Under the pieces are notes generated by a model that was not told the DNA's origin, did not search any database, and worked only from the letters and a program-made list of their open reading frames with translations. From an uncultured delta proteobacterium (GTDB lineage: Bacteria; Myxococcota; Myxococcia; Myxococcales; Myxococcaceae), in contig CAVQKE010000003.1 of the NCBI GenBank assembly GCA_963713045.1, positions 320,001 through 384,000 of the forward strand: 64,000 nucleotides of DNA, given 5' to 3'. Positions 1 to 9,978 of the stretch are shown in pieces; positions within the stretch are counted from its first letter, which is position 1, and each line of letters opens with the position of its first letter. Both the position numbers and the translations under genes were made by a program.

Positions 1-7
1 TCGACAT

Positions 8-256
8 TCATTCGGCGATTCCCAACAGTTGCGCGAACCGTTTGGGTTGGTAGCCTTCGACGGTCTCATCACCAATTCGAACGTACGGGAAGCCGTTGAC
101 GCCGGCAGCATTCAGCTCCCGCATGATTTTCGCCTGCGTGGCCTCATCGGCGAGGTCGTAATCCGTGGAGTCGAATTGGACGCGATGTTCTGTGAACCAC
201 TTCTTCGTTTTCATACACCACGGACACGTTGAGAGCGCGTACATGTAGACTTTCAT
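8..256 (-). CDS. Glutaredoxin / NrdH-redoxin family protein
   Basis: 82 aa; CPWC redox motif (YALSTCPWCMKTK) and GFP...VEGY thioredoxin-fold signature; AGGAG RBS upstream. Confidence 0.88.
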   Translation of the reverse strand: MKVYMYALSTCPWCMKTKKWFTEHRVQFDSTDYDLADEATQAKIMRELNAAGVNGFPYVRIGDETVEGYQPKRFAQLLGIAE

Positions 257-410
257 GACATCTCCTCTCAGCTCTCGCTGACCTAAACTCTGCCCGATTC
301 AGATTTGGCGAGGTAGAGCACAAAGACAACCTCGGGTGCAGAAAGGAACCTGCCCGTCCGGATGTCGAAGCCCCATTCGCGCGATTAGCAGCGGAGGGCT
401 TACTAGACGC

Positions 411-914
411 CTAGAGGGTCCCAGAAAAGCGATCCGCAAAGTACGCGCTGACGGCAGCTGCATCACGCGCGGAGGTCAGGAAACGCGTGAATGCATTGCG
501 CTCGTGCCAGACAATCCCCAGCTCCCAGACGCAATAGGTGGGTAGATGGCCGGTGCGTTCATACACCCGGTAGGGGCCATTCTTTGGCAGGTCCTTCAGA
601 TACACCGTCTCCCAAATCTCGTTGCAGTTGCGCCATGTGTTGACGATGAGCATGCCGACGTTGCTCGCGGCGCCGGCGATGTGGAGGATGACGAAGCCCA
701 TTGTGCTGCCGAAGTCGATGCGCTTCGCCAAGACGTCAGCACGGACCCGCTCACGACTCTCGCGCCCAAGCGCATCCGAGATGCCAAAGCCCTCGGGAAC
801 GAGGTCGTACCACTTCAAGTTGACGCCCGGCAGCACGAGGTTTTCTCTTGGCAGCGCGAGCTTTGGCCGGTGGCGGTACTCGACGGGAACTGGATCCTCC
901 GGTTGGTAGGCCAT
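411..914 (-). CDS. Conserved-looking hypothetical protein
   Basis: ORF 411..968; ATG at 914 (MAYQPEDP) has GGAGA upstream; globular composition with motifs KWYD, GFVILH, NTWRNCNEIWE, TYCVWELGIVWHER. Confidence 0.7.
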   Translation of the reverse strand: MAYQPEDPVPVEYRHRPKLALPRENLVLPGVNLKWYDLVPEGFGISDALGRESRERVRADVLAKRIDFGSTMGFVILHIAGAASNVGMLIVNTWRNCNEIWETVYLKDLPKNGPYRVYERTGHLPTYCVWELGIVWHERNAFTRFLTSARDAAAVSAYFADRFSGTL

Positions 915-1060
915 GGTCAGAGGGTCTCCAGACGCCCGTACGACGTCAAGCACCGCGGCCATTGGCACCTACCCTCTCGGCCGGTCCCTGGTGGCGCTCA
1001 AAACCTTGAACCTTTTCTCGGCTCAGGGTAGTGCGCGCCAGCAAGACCTGGCTTCCCCCG

Positions 1061-2062
1061 ATGACTTCGACCGGCCCGTCTCCATCACGGAGTGTCTCTC
1101 AGAAGGTGCTCGCGCCGCTGACCCGCGCTGCCATCTTCCTCGTCCTCACCATCACCTCTCGCGATGGCAGCTTGGGGACGGTGCGCTCGTTGTGCGCGGA
1201 CCTAGCGGCGCTGCTGCGTTCAGTCGGGTTTCGCGAGGCAGCGGGGAACCTCTCCTGCGTGATGGGAATCGGTTCCGATGCGTGGGACGGACTGTTCGGC
1301 CGTCCACGACCCGCCGAATTGCACCCGTTCCGCGAAATCCGAAGCGGGTCCCGCCATGCGGTGGCCACGCCTGGAGACTTGCTGTTCCACATCCGCGCCG
1401 AACGAATGGACCTCTGTTTCGAGCTGGCGACCCAAATTCTAGCTCGCCTCGGCGATGCGGTTTCGCCGGCAGATGAGGTGCACGGGTTTCGCTCGTTTGA
1501 TGCCCGGGACCTGCTCGGCTTCGTTGATGGAACCGAAAACCCCACTGGCCAGGAGGCCGCCGACGCCACGCTGGTCGGCGAGGAAGACGGTGACTTCACG
1601 GGCGGCAGCTACGTGATTGTGCAGAAATATCTGCACGACCTCCAGGGCTGGAATGCCTTGTCCACGGAGGTGCAGGAGCGCATCGTCGGCCGTACCAAGC
1701 TGAGTGACATCGAGCTGAGCGACGCCGCGAAACCCAGCTACGCCCACAATGCGTTGACCACAATCGTGGAGGACGGCGAGGAGAAGAAGATTCTGCGCGA
1801 CAACATGCCGTTTGGTCACGTCGCGCAGGGCGAGTTTGGCACCTATTTCATCGGCTACGCCCGCTCGCCACGAATCATCGAGCGAATGCTGCAGAACATG
1901 TTCATCGGACAACCGCCCGGGAATTACGACCGGTTGCTCGATGTCAGCCGACCAGTGTCAGGCACCCTATTCTTTGTGCCGTCGGGGAGTTTCCTCGACA
2001 GTCCGCCCCTCCCCTCCGACGCACCCATCTCCGGTTCATCGGCCAAGTCCGGAGCACCCTAG
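1061..2062 (+). CDS. Dye-decolorizing (DyP-type, DypB-like) heme peroxidase
   Basis: GFVDGTENP (GxxDG), GGSYVIVQKYLHD, proximal His in SYAHN, distal Arg in ILRDNMPFG; start could be 1031 or 1061. Confidence 0.93.
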   Translation: MTSTGPSPSRSVSQKVLAPLTRAAIFLVLTITSRDGSLGTVRSLCADLAALLRSVGFREAAGNLSCVMGIGSDAWDGLFGRPRPAELHPFREIRSGSRHAVATPGDLLFHIRAERMDLCFELATQILARLGDAVSPADEVHGFRSFDARDLLGFVDGTENPTGQEAADATLVGEEDGDFTGGSYVIVQKYLHDLQGWNALSTEVQERIVGRTKLSDIELSDAAKPSYAHNALTTIVEDGEEKKILRDNMPFGHVAQGEFGTYFIGYARSPRIIERMLQNMFIGQPPGNYDRLLDVSRPVSGTLFFVPSGSFLDSPPLPSDAPISGSSAKSGAP

Positions 2063-2151
2063 GCCAGTGGCGAAGTTGGGCTGGGTCCTGACTCCGCTGG
2101 CCAGCGGACGACGCCATCGTCAAAGGCGTCCGGTGCAACGTTGAACCGCGG

Positions 2152-2613
2152 CTACTGAATCTCGCCCCGAATCTCCCCGGGCTTGCACGCGGCTGTGTGC
2201 ACATTCACGTAAGCAGCTCCTCCAGCCCGGAGAGCGACGACGAAGGCCGCAAAATCTGGGGGCGCCCCCGCTGCCGCGACGTAATCGGCTGCGGTAAAGG
2301 TTTTCGAGAACGGGGATGCCAGAGGGGGGGAGAACGGCAGGACGACAGGGCCGGCAACGCCAGATGGGCCGAAGTGGATATGGGACGCCGTTGGGGCGCC
2401 TGAAAGGCCGGAATACGTCACTGTCGCGGTGACCGATGAGCCGTCAGCAGCCACGAGGATAGTCGCCACGCCAGTGGCGTTCGGACCCGCAGCTGGGCAG
2501 TCTTTGGTTAACGGGACATTGAAAGTCTTCGATTCAGCGGTTGCCGCCTTCTCGGTGGCGCAGGCCGAGAGTACCGACAACCCGATGCAGGTCAGCAGGC
2601 GAGTCGTCCACAT
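2152..2613 (-). CDS. CHRD-domain lipoprotein
   Basis: Lipobox LSAC; CHRD motifs ASHIH, GPVV, YVNVHT...GEIRGEI. Confidence 0.9.
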   Translation of the reverse strand: MWTTRLLTCIGLSVLSACATEKAATAESKTFNVPLTKDCPAAGPNATGVATILVAADGSSVTATVTYSGLSGAPTASHIHFGPSGVAGPVVLPFSPPLASPFSKTFTAADYVAAAGAPPDFAAFVVALRAGGAAYVNVHTAACKPGEIRGEIQ

Positions 2614-2936
2614 GTCTTTGCCTCCCCGTTGGCCGGCGCACTCCTGCGCCGGCTGTTCATGTGACCCACCTACCTGACTGCCCAGGGCAGCGTCCAGCCG
2701 TCACCGGTTTGGTGAGGGCCTCCACAACGAAGCGGGTGAAACCGTAGGCCGGAAGCGTGAGGGCCCGCTGTCAAGGTTGCCACCCCGGACGCACGTTCGG
2801 CGCATGACGCTGGCGGCCCCGCCGAAGGCAGGTGTGATAGTGACGTTGTTGCTGCCCAGCTTCGGCGACGGCTCAACGGTTTCTTGTTGGACTGCTGTCG
2901 AACAAACCTTGTCGAAGGCCGACGACTTCTCGCGCG

Positions 2937-4538
2937 ATGAGTGTGGATGCCGCGACCCCCTTCTCCGACTTTGCACAGGTGGTGTCGCGCCTCGCCGCGA
3001 CGTCGAAGAGGCTGGAGAAGCGGCGCATCGCCGCCGAGTTTGTTCGGAAGCTCGGCCGCGAGGAGATTGCGCCTGCTGTTCTCTTCCTGACAGGAAGCAT
3101 TTTCGCGGAAACGGACGCCCGAGCCCTGAACGTCGGGTACGCCATGGTTCACAATGCGGTAGCGCTGGCCCAGAAACTGCCAGCGCCCACACGCCCTCTC
3201 AGCTTGCTGGAAGTGCAGAAGCAGCTGCACGCAATTGCCGACGTCCACGGCGCCGACGCAACGCAGAGACGGCAGGCGCTTCTTCAGCAACTGATGGCCC
3301 GGTCGACGCCTGAGGAGCGCGAGGTGCTCGTGCGGGGACTGTCCGGTGAGATGCGCATTGGCCTGAACGAGAGCGGGATGCTCGACGCACTCTCAGAAGC
3401 CTCCGGAATCCCAGCGCCCGATGTACGAAACGCTCAGATGTTTCTTGGAGATTTGGGACGCGTGGCGGAGTTGGCGCTCTACCACGGAGGCGACGCGATT
3501 CGCGCCGTGGGCGTTCGGCTCCTTTCCCCGGTTAAGCCGATGCTGGCGGAAATTGCCCGCGACCCGGCGGAAGTGCTTGTCGAGCACGGCGGGAAGACGG
3601 CCGTCGAGTACAAAATGGACGGGGCCCGGGTACAGATTCACCGACTACACGACGAGGTGCGCGTTTTCAGCCGTCGCCTGAGCGACGTCACGGCAGGGCT
3701 TCCGGAGATTGCCGAGGTGACACGGGCCATTCCTGCCCAGGCCCTCATCGTGGAAGGCGAGCTCCTTGCCGTCGACAGCGCTGGTCGACCGCTCCCGTTT
3801 CAAGAGCTGATGCGCCGCTTTCGGCGTGTCCACGAAATCGAAGCTCATCGAAGAAAGATGCTCCTTGAGCTGCGCCTCTTTGACCTGCTGCAGCTGGACG
3901 GCAAGCTCCTCATGGACTTGCCCTACGAGGAACGCTTCGCCGCGCTCGAGAAACTCGTCCCCAAGAAGCTGCTGGTCGAGCGACGCGTCGTCACGTCGAG
4001 CGAGGAGATATCAACTTTTCTAACGCAGGCCATCGAAGCGGGTCACGAAGGGCTGATGGCAAAACGCCTCGACGCCCCCTACACGGCCGGGAAACGCGGG
4101 AAGAACTGGCTCAAGCTCAAGCCCGCCGACACGCTGGACGTCGTCCTGCTGGCCGCTGAATGGGGCCACGGCCGGCGGCGAGGCTCGCTCAGCAACTACT
4201 GGCTCGGGGTTCGCGACGGTGACCAATGGCAGATGATTGGCAAGACTTTCAAAGGGCTCACCGATGCAGAGCGGTTGGAGCTGATGCAGCGCCTGCTCGC
4301 CCTCAAAGTGTCGGAGGAGCCCGGGGTGGTGCACGTCAAGCCGGAACTCGTTGTTGAGGTGACCTACAACGACGTGCAGAAAAGCCCCACCTACAGTTCC
4401 GGCTTTGCGCTCAGGTTTGCGCGGGTCACGCGGATTCGGAGCGACAAGGGACCTTTGGAGGCGGACACCTACCAACGCCTCAAGACTCTCTACGAGAAGC
4501 AGTTCGAGCGGAAAGGCCGCGCGTCCGACGAGCTTTGA
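2937..4538 (+). CDS. ATP-dependent DNA ligase (archaeal / LigB-like, with N-terminal DNA-binding domain)
   Basis: Motif I EYKMDG, III IVEGE, IIIa LFDLL, IV EGLMAK, V WLKLK, VI LRFARVTRIRSDK. Confidence 0.93.
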   Translation: MSVDAATPFSDFAQVVSRLAATSKRLEKRRIAAEFVRKLGREEIAPAVLFLTGSIFAETDARALNVGYAMVHNAVALAQKLPAPTRPLSLLEVQKQLHAIADVHGADATQRRQALLQQLMARSTPEEREVLVRGLSGEMRIGLNESGMLDALSEASGIPAPDVRNAQMFLGDLGRVAELALYHGGDAIRAVGVRLLSPVKPMLAEIARDPAEVLVEHGGKTAVEYKMDGARVQIHRLHDEVRVFSRRLSDVTAGLPEIAEVTRAIPAQALIVEGELLAVDSAGRPLPFQELMRRFRRVHEIEAHRRKMLLELRLFDLLQLDGKLLMDLPYEERFAALEKLVPKKLLVERRVVTSSEEISTFLTQAIEAGHEGLMAKRLDAPYTAGKRGKNWLKLKPADTLDVVLLAAEWGHGRRRGSLSNYWLGVRDGDQWQMIGKTFKGLTDAERLELMQRLLALKVSEEPGVVHVKPELVVEVTYNDVQKSPTYSSGFALRFARVTRIRSDKGPLEADTYQRLKTLYEKQFERKGRASDEL

Positions 4539-4951
4539 CCCGCCCGTCCTGGGGAAACGCGCACCGGTCGCGGTTGCCTGGCTTCTGGGCGCCCCAAGAC
4601 GGGCGTCTACCCATCGGACGCCGGCGTTCGGACGTTGACTCGGCGTTGCGCAGGACCAGCTGACATCTGCGCAGGTGCTCGCACTTCGACGGCGAATGGC
4701 GAGGCTGGGCAGAAGATGGGATGCCAAGCGCCGACGATGGCGCACTCCGGTTCCACTCAAAGGCGATGTACGGCCGGGTTATCCGACGTCGGCTTGCGAT
4801 GGGTGAGGCGGTGGCCCGGTCCACGGGCGCGCGCCGCCCCCCACCGAAAGTCAACTGAGGTTTCAGGGTCACCGACGACCGCAAAGAGCCGAAGAAATGG
4901 CAGCGACTCGCTGAGCGTGTCCTCTCTTCAAGGGTTAACGCACTCCTTCCC

Positions 4952-5047
4952 ATGTTGAACAAAAGAAGACTGGGGACGTCAGGGCTCCAGGTTTCCGGAT
5001 GGCCAGAGCCGGATGTAGCATTCTTAAGTGAAAGGCTATGTCGATGA
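4952..5047 (+). pseudogene. Aldo/keto reductase N-terminal remnant
   Basis: Translates MLNKRRLGTSGLQVS, the typical bacterial AKR N-terminus, then loses similarity and stops after 31 codons. Confidence 0.55.
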
Positions 5048-7182
5048 GGCTTCAAGGCGTGGGCCCCTTACACGGCGTCGGGGAAGGGGGGACGTCGGAT
5101 GCCGGCCGATTGGTGAACGCCTTTCTGTGGATCGTCCTGTTTGGGTTCGCCCTCTACGTGGGCATTGAAAGCTGGGTCGACCCCCATGCCATCCGTCGCT
5201 ACCTTCTCCAAGCGGCGGTTGCCTTTGGTCTTATCGGCGCATTGATGCTTGCTGTGCGGCTGGGGTGGGTACGCCTGGCGGCGGTGGCCTGCATCGTCTC
5301 GGCCTGGGCTCTCTACTCCGCATCGGCTTACACCGGCGGAGGCATCCGAGGGTCGGCCTCCCTCGGCTATCTGGTCACAGTTGTCACCGCGGGTCTCCTC
5401 ATCAACGGGTTCGCCGCCGGTGTCACCGCGCTGGTGTGTGTCTTGACCGGGCTGGGGCTTGTTCTGGTGGAGGCCCAGGGAAAGCTTCCGCCGTCGGTGG
5501 CCAGCAACACCCCGCTGGATTACTGGGCCAACCTTTCACTTTTCTGCGCGGTGACGGTGGGGCTGCAGGCCCTGGCTGGCCGCATCCTCCGTGCGTCCGA
5601 AGAGAAGTACCGCCTGCTGGTGGAGCGGGCGCGCGACGCCATCTTTACCCTGACGCCCGACGGCGCTTTCTCCTCCGTCAATCCGGCCTTTGAAGCCATG
5701 ACCGGCTGGCACACGGCAGATTCGATTGGCAAGCCATTTGCCGACGTCATCGCCACCGCCGAGGGGCAACGCACCTGGGCCGCCTTTCTCGCCGCTCCGG
5801 ATTCGGAGCAGAGACATTCGCTCGATTTCCTGATCCGCAAGCGCGACGGCGGAACGGTGGCACTCGACGTCAACCTCGCCGTCTCTCGAGACCCCACCGT
5901 GGCAACGCTGGGCATCGCCCGCGACGTCACGGAGCGCAAGGAGGAGGAGCAAAAACGCGCGCGGCTCGAGTCTCAATTGAGGCAGTCACAGAAGATGGAG
6001 GCGGTGGGGACCCTGGCGGGGGGAATCGCGCATGACTTCAACAATGTCCTTACCGCCATCATCGGCCACGCCCAGCTGCTGCAGGACGATGCTCCCGCCG
6101 GGAGCAAAATGCAGGAGAGCTCGGGCGAAATTCTCAAAGCTGGAGCGCGGGCGCGAGATGTCGTCCGCCAGTTGCTGACGTTCGCCAGAAGTAACGTCCA
6201 CGAACGCCGCGTCACCAGGCTCCAGGCGGTGGTACGCGAGGCGCTTCAGCTGATGCGGGCCTCAGTCCCGGCCTCCGTTGAAATGGAGATGAAAATCGAT
6301 GCGGCCGCCCCAGCGGTTCTGGCAGACCCGTCCCAGCTGCATCAAGTCATCGTCAATCTGGTCGCCAATTCCGCCGGAGCGATGCGTGACCGGGGAGGGC
6401 GCCTGACAGTCCTTCTGGAGACGCTCAGTGTCGGCGGCGAAAGCCCGACAGCACCGTCTCTGCCATCGGGGCGCTACGTCCGATTGGCCATTTCAGACAC
6501 AGGTCACGGCATGGAAGCACCGGTCTTGGAGCGCATCTTCGAGCCCTTCTTCACGACCAAGCCCGAGGGCGAAGGGACTGGACTCGGTTTGGCAGTGGTT
6601 CACAGCATCATTCGAGACCATGAGGGCACGATCAACGTGCAGAGTCAGCCCGGGGCCGGTACGACGGTCGAGGTCTTTCTTCGGGCGCTGGAGGGCCAGC
6701 CGCTTTCGGCTTCGCCCCGCACTCCCGAAGCCATCGAGCGGGGACGCGGGGAACGGCTGCTCATCATCGACGACGAGCCGGCCATCGCGCGTGTCCTGGC
6801 GGAGCAACTCGAGCGGCTCGGCTACAACGTCACAACCTCGACCGACCCAGAAGAGGCACTCGAGGTGCTGACCGAGGACCCGACGGACTTTGACTTGGCC
6901 ATCACCGACTTGCAGATGCCGCGGATGGACGGCGTGCAGCTCGCAGCCCGCCTTGCGGCGGTCAGCCCCGACCTTCCAGTGGTGCTGATTACCGGAAACC
7001 GCCTCAGCGTCCCTTCCACCGTGATGCGCGCAGCCGGTGTCCGCGAGGTGGTCGACAAACCCTTTCAAATTCGGGAGCTCTGTCGGGCTCTCCGAGCGGC
7101 TCTCGATGGCACAGCGCGAGACTCGAGCGCTCCGGAGTCGACGTCCGAGCGTTCACCTCACCCGGTGAGCAAAGCTCGCTGA
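5038..7182 (+). CDS. Membrane-bound PAS hybrid sensor histidine kinase (TM-PAS-HisKA-HATPase-REC)
   Basis: Several TM helices; PAS domain; H-box GGIAHDFNNVL; N-box NLVANS; DTGHGM, FEPFFTTK, GTGLGL; REC IIDDE...ITDLQMP...KP. Confidence 0.95.
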   Translation: MSMRLQGVGPLHGVGEGGTSDAGRLVNAFLWIVLFGFALYVGIESWVDPHAIRRYLLQAAVAFGLIGALMLAVRLGWVRLAAVACIVSAWALYSASAYTGGGIRGSASLGYLVTVVTAGLLINGFAAGVTALVCVLTGLGLVLVEAQGKLPPSVASNTPLDYWANLSLFCAVTVGLQALAGRILRASEEKYRLLVERARDAIFTLTPDGAFSSVNPAFEAMTGWHTADSIGKPFADVIATAEGQRTWAAFLAAPDSEQRHSLDFLIRKRDGGTVALDVNLAVSRDPTVATLGIARDVTERKEEEQKRARLESQLRQSQKMEAVGTLAGGIAHDFNNVLTAIIGHAQLLQDDAPAGSKMQESSGEILKAGARARDVVRQLLTFARSNVHERRVTRLQAVVREALQLMRASVPASVEMEMKIDAAAPAVLADPSQLHQVIVNLVANSAGAMRDRGGRLTVLLETLSVGGESPTAPSLPSGRYVRLAISDTGHGMEAPVLERIFEPFFTTKPEGEGTGLGLAVVHSIIRDHEGTINVQSQPGAGTTVEVFLRALEGQPLSASPRTPEAIERGRGERLLIIDDEPAIARVLAEQLERLGYNVTTSTDPEEALEVLTEDPTDFDLAITDLQMPRMDGVQLAARLAAVSPDLPVVLITGNRLSVPSTVMRAAGVREVVDKPFQIRELCRALRAALDGTARDSSAPESTSERSPHPVSKAR

Positions 7183-7331
7183 GGCTTCGTCCAGCCTGTT
7201 GCACCCGCGGTCCTGACACCCCCAGGTGTCAGTGCCACCCCTGGGTTCCGGGCTGGACCCAGGCCCCGGACGCATAACCCCGCGTCCTGTCTCGCGTTTG
7301 GGCTGGCCCGGTGTTTGCGCTACCCCCCCAC

Positions 7332-7871
7332 ATGCAGAGCAACCCTCAAACGGTGCTCGTCGTCGACGACGAGGCGAATCTCGTCAGCGCACTTCAACGC
7401 ACCTTGCGGCGTGAGAATTACACGGTGCTCACTGCCAGCGAGCCAGCCGAGGCCCTGGCCATCCTCAAGCAGCGCGCGGTGGACGTGGTGGTGTCGGACC
7501 ACTTGATGCCGAACATGAGCGGTCTCGACTTCCTCAAGGAAGTCCGCGCTCTCCATCCGGACGTGGTGCGCATCATGCTGACCGGCCACGCCGAGGTGTC
7601 CACCGCAGTGGAGGCCATCAACGAAGGAGAGATTTTTCGTTTCCTCACCAAGCCCTGGGACGACGCTGAGCTCAAGGTGGCTCTGCACCTCGCCTTCGAC
7701 AAGCTGGCCGCCGAACGCGCCCAAGCAGGGCAACTCGCAGCGGCACACCACCAGCGGGTGCTGTTGGCCCACCTGGAGCGCCAGCACCCCGGTCTTCGCC
7801 ACCTTTTGCGCGACGAGAATGGCGCGCTGATTGTCGACAAAGACGACGAGGCCAGCCTGGCCATCGGTTAG
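7332..7871 (+). CDS. Response regulator (REC plus short C-terminal extension)
   Basis: VVDDE, VVSDHLMP, LTG, FLTKPW; ATG at 7332. Confidence 0.92.
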   Translation: MQSNPQTVLVVDDEANLVSALQRTLRRENYTVLTASEPAEALAILKQRAVDVVVSDHLMPNMSGLDFLKEVRALHPDVVRIMLTGHAEVSTAVEAINEGEIFRFLTKPWDDAELKVALHLAFDKLAAERAQAGQLAAAHHQRVLLAHLERQHPGLRHLLRDENGALIVDKDDEASLAIG

Positions 7872-7893
7872 CCGGCCCCCAAGGCCAACCCCC

Positions 7894-9959
7894 ATGGCCA
7901 CCGCCCTTCCTGCCCTGGTCGTGTCCACGGTGTCGCCGGACAGTGAGCTGCTCGACGCTTTGAGCAGGGCTGGGCTGGAGGTCCGGCATGTCACCCCCAG
8001 TGAGGCGCTGCGCCAAGTCGGCGGGGGCGCAGCGGACAGCGTCATTTGCGAGCCAGTCCCCAACTGGCGCCTCCTCGTCTCTCGGCTGAGTGCAGCTGGT
8101 GCCGCCACCGTCCTCTACCTCGGGGAGTTGCCGCCACCCGCGGCACTTCCGGCCGGCGTCTCCGCGGTCCACTCTCTGGCCGAGCTGGTGCCCAGCCTGG
8201 TGAAAGCGCAAGCGGGACGCCGGGCTGCTCGGGCGACGGCACGCGGCCCAACCCTGGAAGAGCGTGTCGAAGAAGCGGAACGCTTCGCGGACGCCGTCCA
8301 AAGCCTGCATACGCTCTCCGACCTCTCGGAAATCCTCCGCGATGCCGTCGTCCGCGCGCGGACGCTGGCGCAGGCGGACCGCGCCACGGTGTGGCTTACC
8401 GACAGTATCGGCGCACTCGGGCTGGCCGCGGTGGACCCGCCCGAGCCCGAGGTGGCGGACCTCCACGCCGTGGGTTTGGCGGAACTTGCTGCTCGGGACT
8501 TGGTGCCGCTGGTGCACGCCGAAGGGGAGGCTGCGGCGGACGTGGTGCTGGCGGTGGAGCGCCGGACCGGCGAGCGCCCAGGGGCGCTGCTCGCCCTGCC
8601 GCTCGTCCGAGGCGCCTCCTGCCTCGGGGCCTTGGAGTTGGTGCGCCGGCCCGGGCTCCCCGGCTTTGCCGACGCTACGCTTCACCGGATGGAGGCGTGG
8701 GCCGCGCAGGTGGCGGTCGCAGTGGCCAACGCCCAGCTCACCGTACGGCTGCGCGAGGCACGCGCCGAAGTGCTGGCCAACAATGCTGCGCTCGAGCGCA
8801 AGGTGGAGGAGCGGACGCAGCTTGTCACCAGGGCGAAGCGCGAATGGGAGCGCACCTTCGACGCCATCACCGAGCCGATTGTGCTGCAGGAGGGCTTCGT
8901 GGTCCGGCGCGCCAACTTGGCATACGCGCGTGCCGTCGGCCGAGACGTCCGGGACGTGGTGGGCGAGACGTGCCATGCCCTCTTGGCGGGCAGCGACCGC
9001 CCCTGCGGCGGATGTCCCCTGGGCCGTCCCGGTGAGGAGCGCAGCGAAGTGGTGTTGCCCGACGGGCGCCGGTTTGGCGCGACGGCCTTCCAGCTGTACG
9101 AGGAAAGCGAAGCCGAGCGAGTGGTGCTCCACTACCAAGACGTCACTGCACGGCGTGCGCTGGAAGACAGGCTGCGCGCGAGCGAGCGGCTGGCCTCGCT
9201 CGGTCAGCTGGCGAGTGGCGCCTCGCAGGAAATCAACAATCCTCTGGGGTACGTCATCGCCAACCTGCAGTCGCTGCAGTCCACGCTGCGCGAAGTCGAG
9301 GCGAGCGCCGAAGCCGTGGGGCAGGGAAATGCGTTGGCCGAGTCGGTCCGCCCACTGTCCGGCGTCCAAGTCCGTGAGCAGGTTGCCGAGGGCTTGGAAA
9401 CCGTCGGCGAAGCGCTGCAGGGGCGCAGCGGATTTCCGGCATCGTCAAAGGGTTGCGCGAGCTGGCCCGGCAGGACCTCGGGCGCACGGAGCTTCTGGAC
9501 GTGAATGCCTGCGTCTCACGTGCCGTCCGAAGCGAGCTGCAACACATGGTGCCGGGGACGGTGCAAACTTCCCTGGCTGCCCGCCAGCGCGCCGCCGGCG
9601 CGCCCTTGCAGCTCGACCAGGCGGTGGCGGCGCTGTTGCGCAACGCGAGGCAGGCCTGCCCGGCCGGCCCTCTCAAGGTGCGCACTTGGGACGAGGGGGC
9701 GGAGGTGGTGGTGGAAGTCCAAGACGCAGGCGGCGGCATCCCCCCGGCCATCTTGCCCCGCATTTTCGAACCCTTCTTCACCACCCGCGGCCGAGAAGCG
9801 GCCGTCGGGCTGGGGTTGACGTTGGCCTACGGCGCCGTCCAGCGCCACGGCGGACGCATTGACGTGGCCAGCAACGTTGGCCGAGGCACCACCGTCACGG
9901 TGAGGCTGCCGGCAGCCAGCCCGTCGGCGGCGGCGTTACAGACGCGCGCCAGCGGCTGA
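7894..9959 (+). CDS. GAF-PAS histidine-kinase-like protein with H-box His->Gln; split by a 1-nt frameshift at about 9421
   Basis: ORFs 7831..9504 and 9453..9959 join if one G is added to the G run at 9420-9423 (gives GAQRISGIVKGLRELAR); GAF, PAS (WERTFDAI...CH...PCGGCP), GQLASGASQEINNPL, DAGGGI, FEPFFTTR, GLGL. Confidence 0.85.
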
Positions 9960-9978
9960 CCGGCGAGCGCCCTGGCAG

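Noticed and set aside
1160..1195. DGSLGTVRSL inside DyP resembles an encapsulin cargo-loading peptide
   Set aside because: It lies within the folded N-terminal domain, not at a terminus; probably coincidence
7850..7871. Receiver C-terminus ...SLAIG resembles a cargo-loading peptide
   Set aside because: Lacks the GSL ending and no encapsulin gene is nearby
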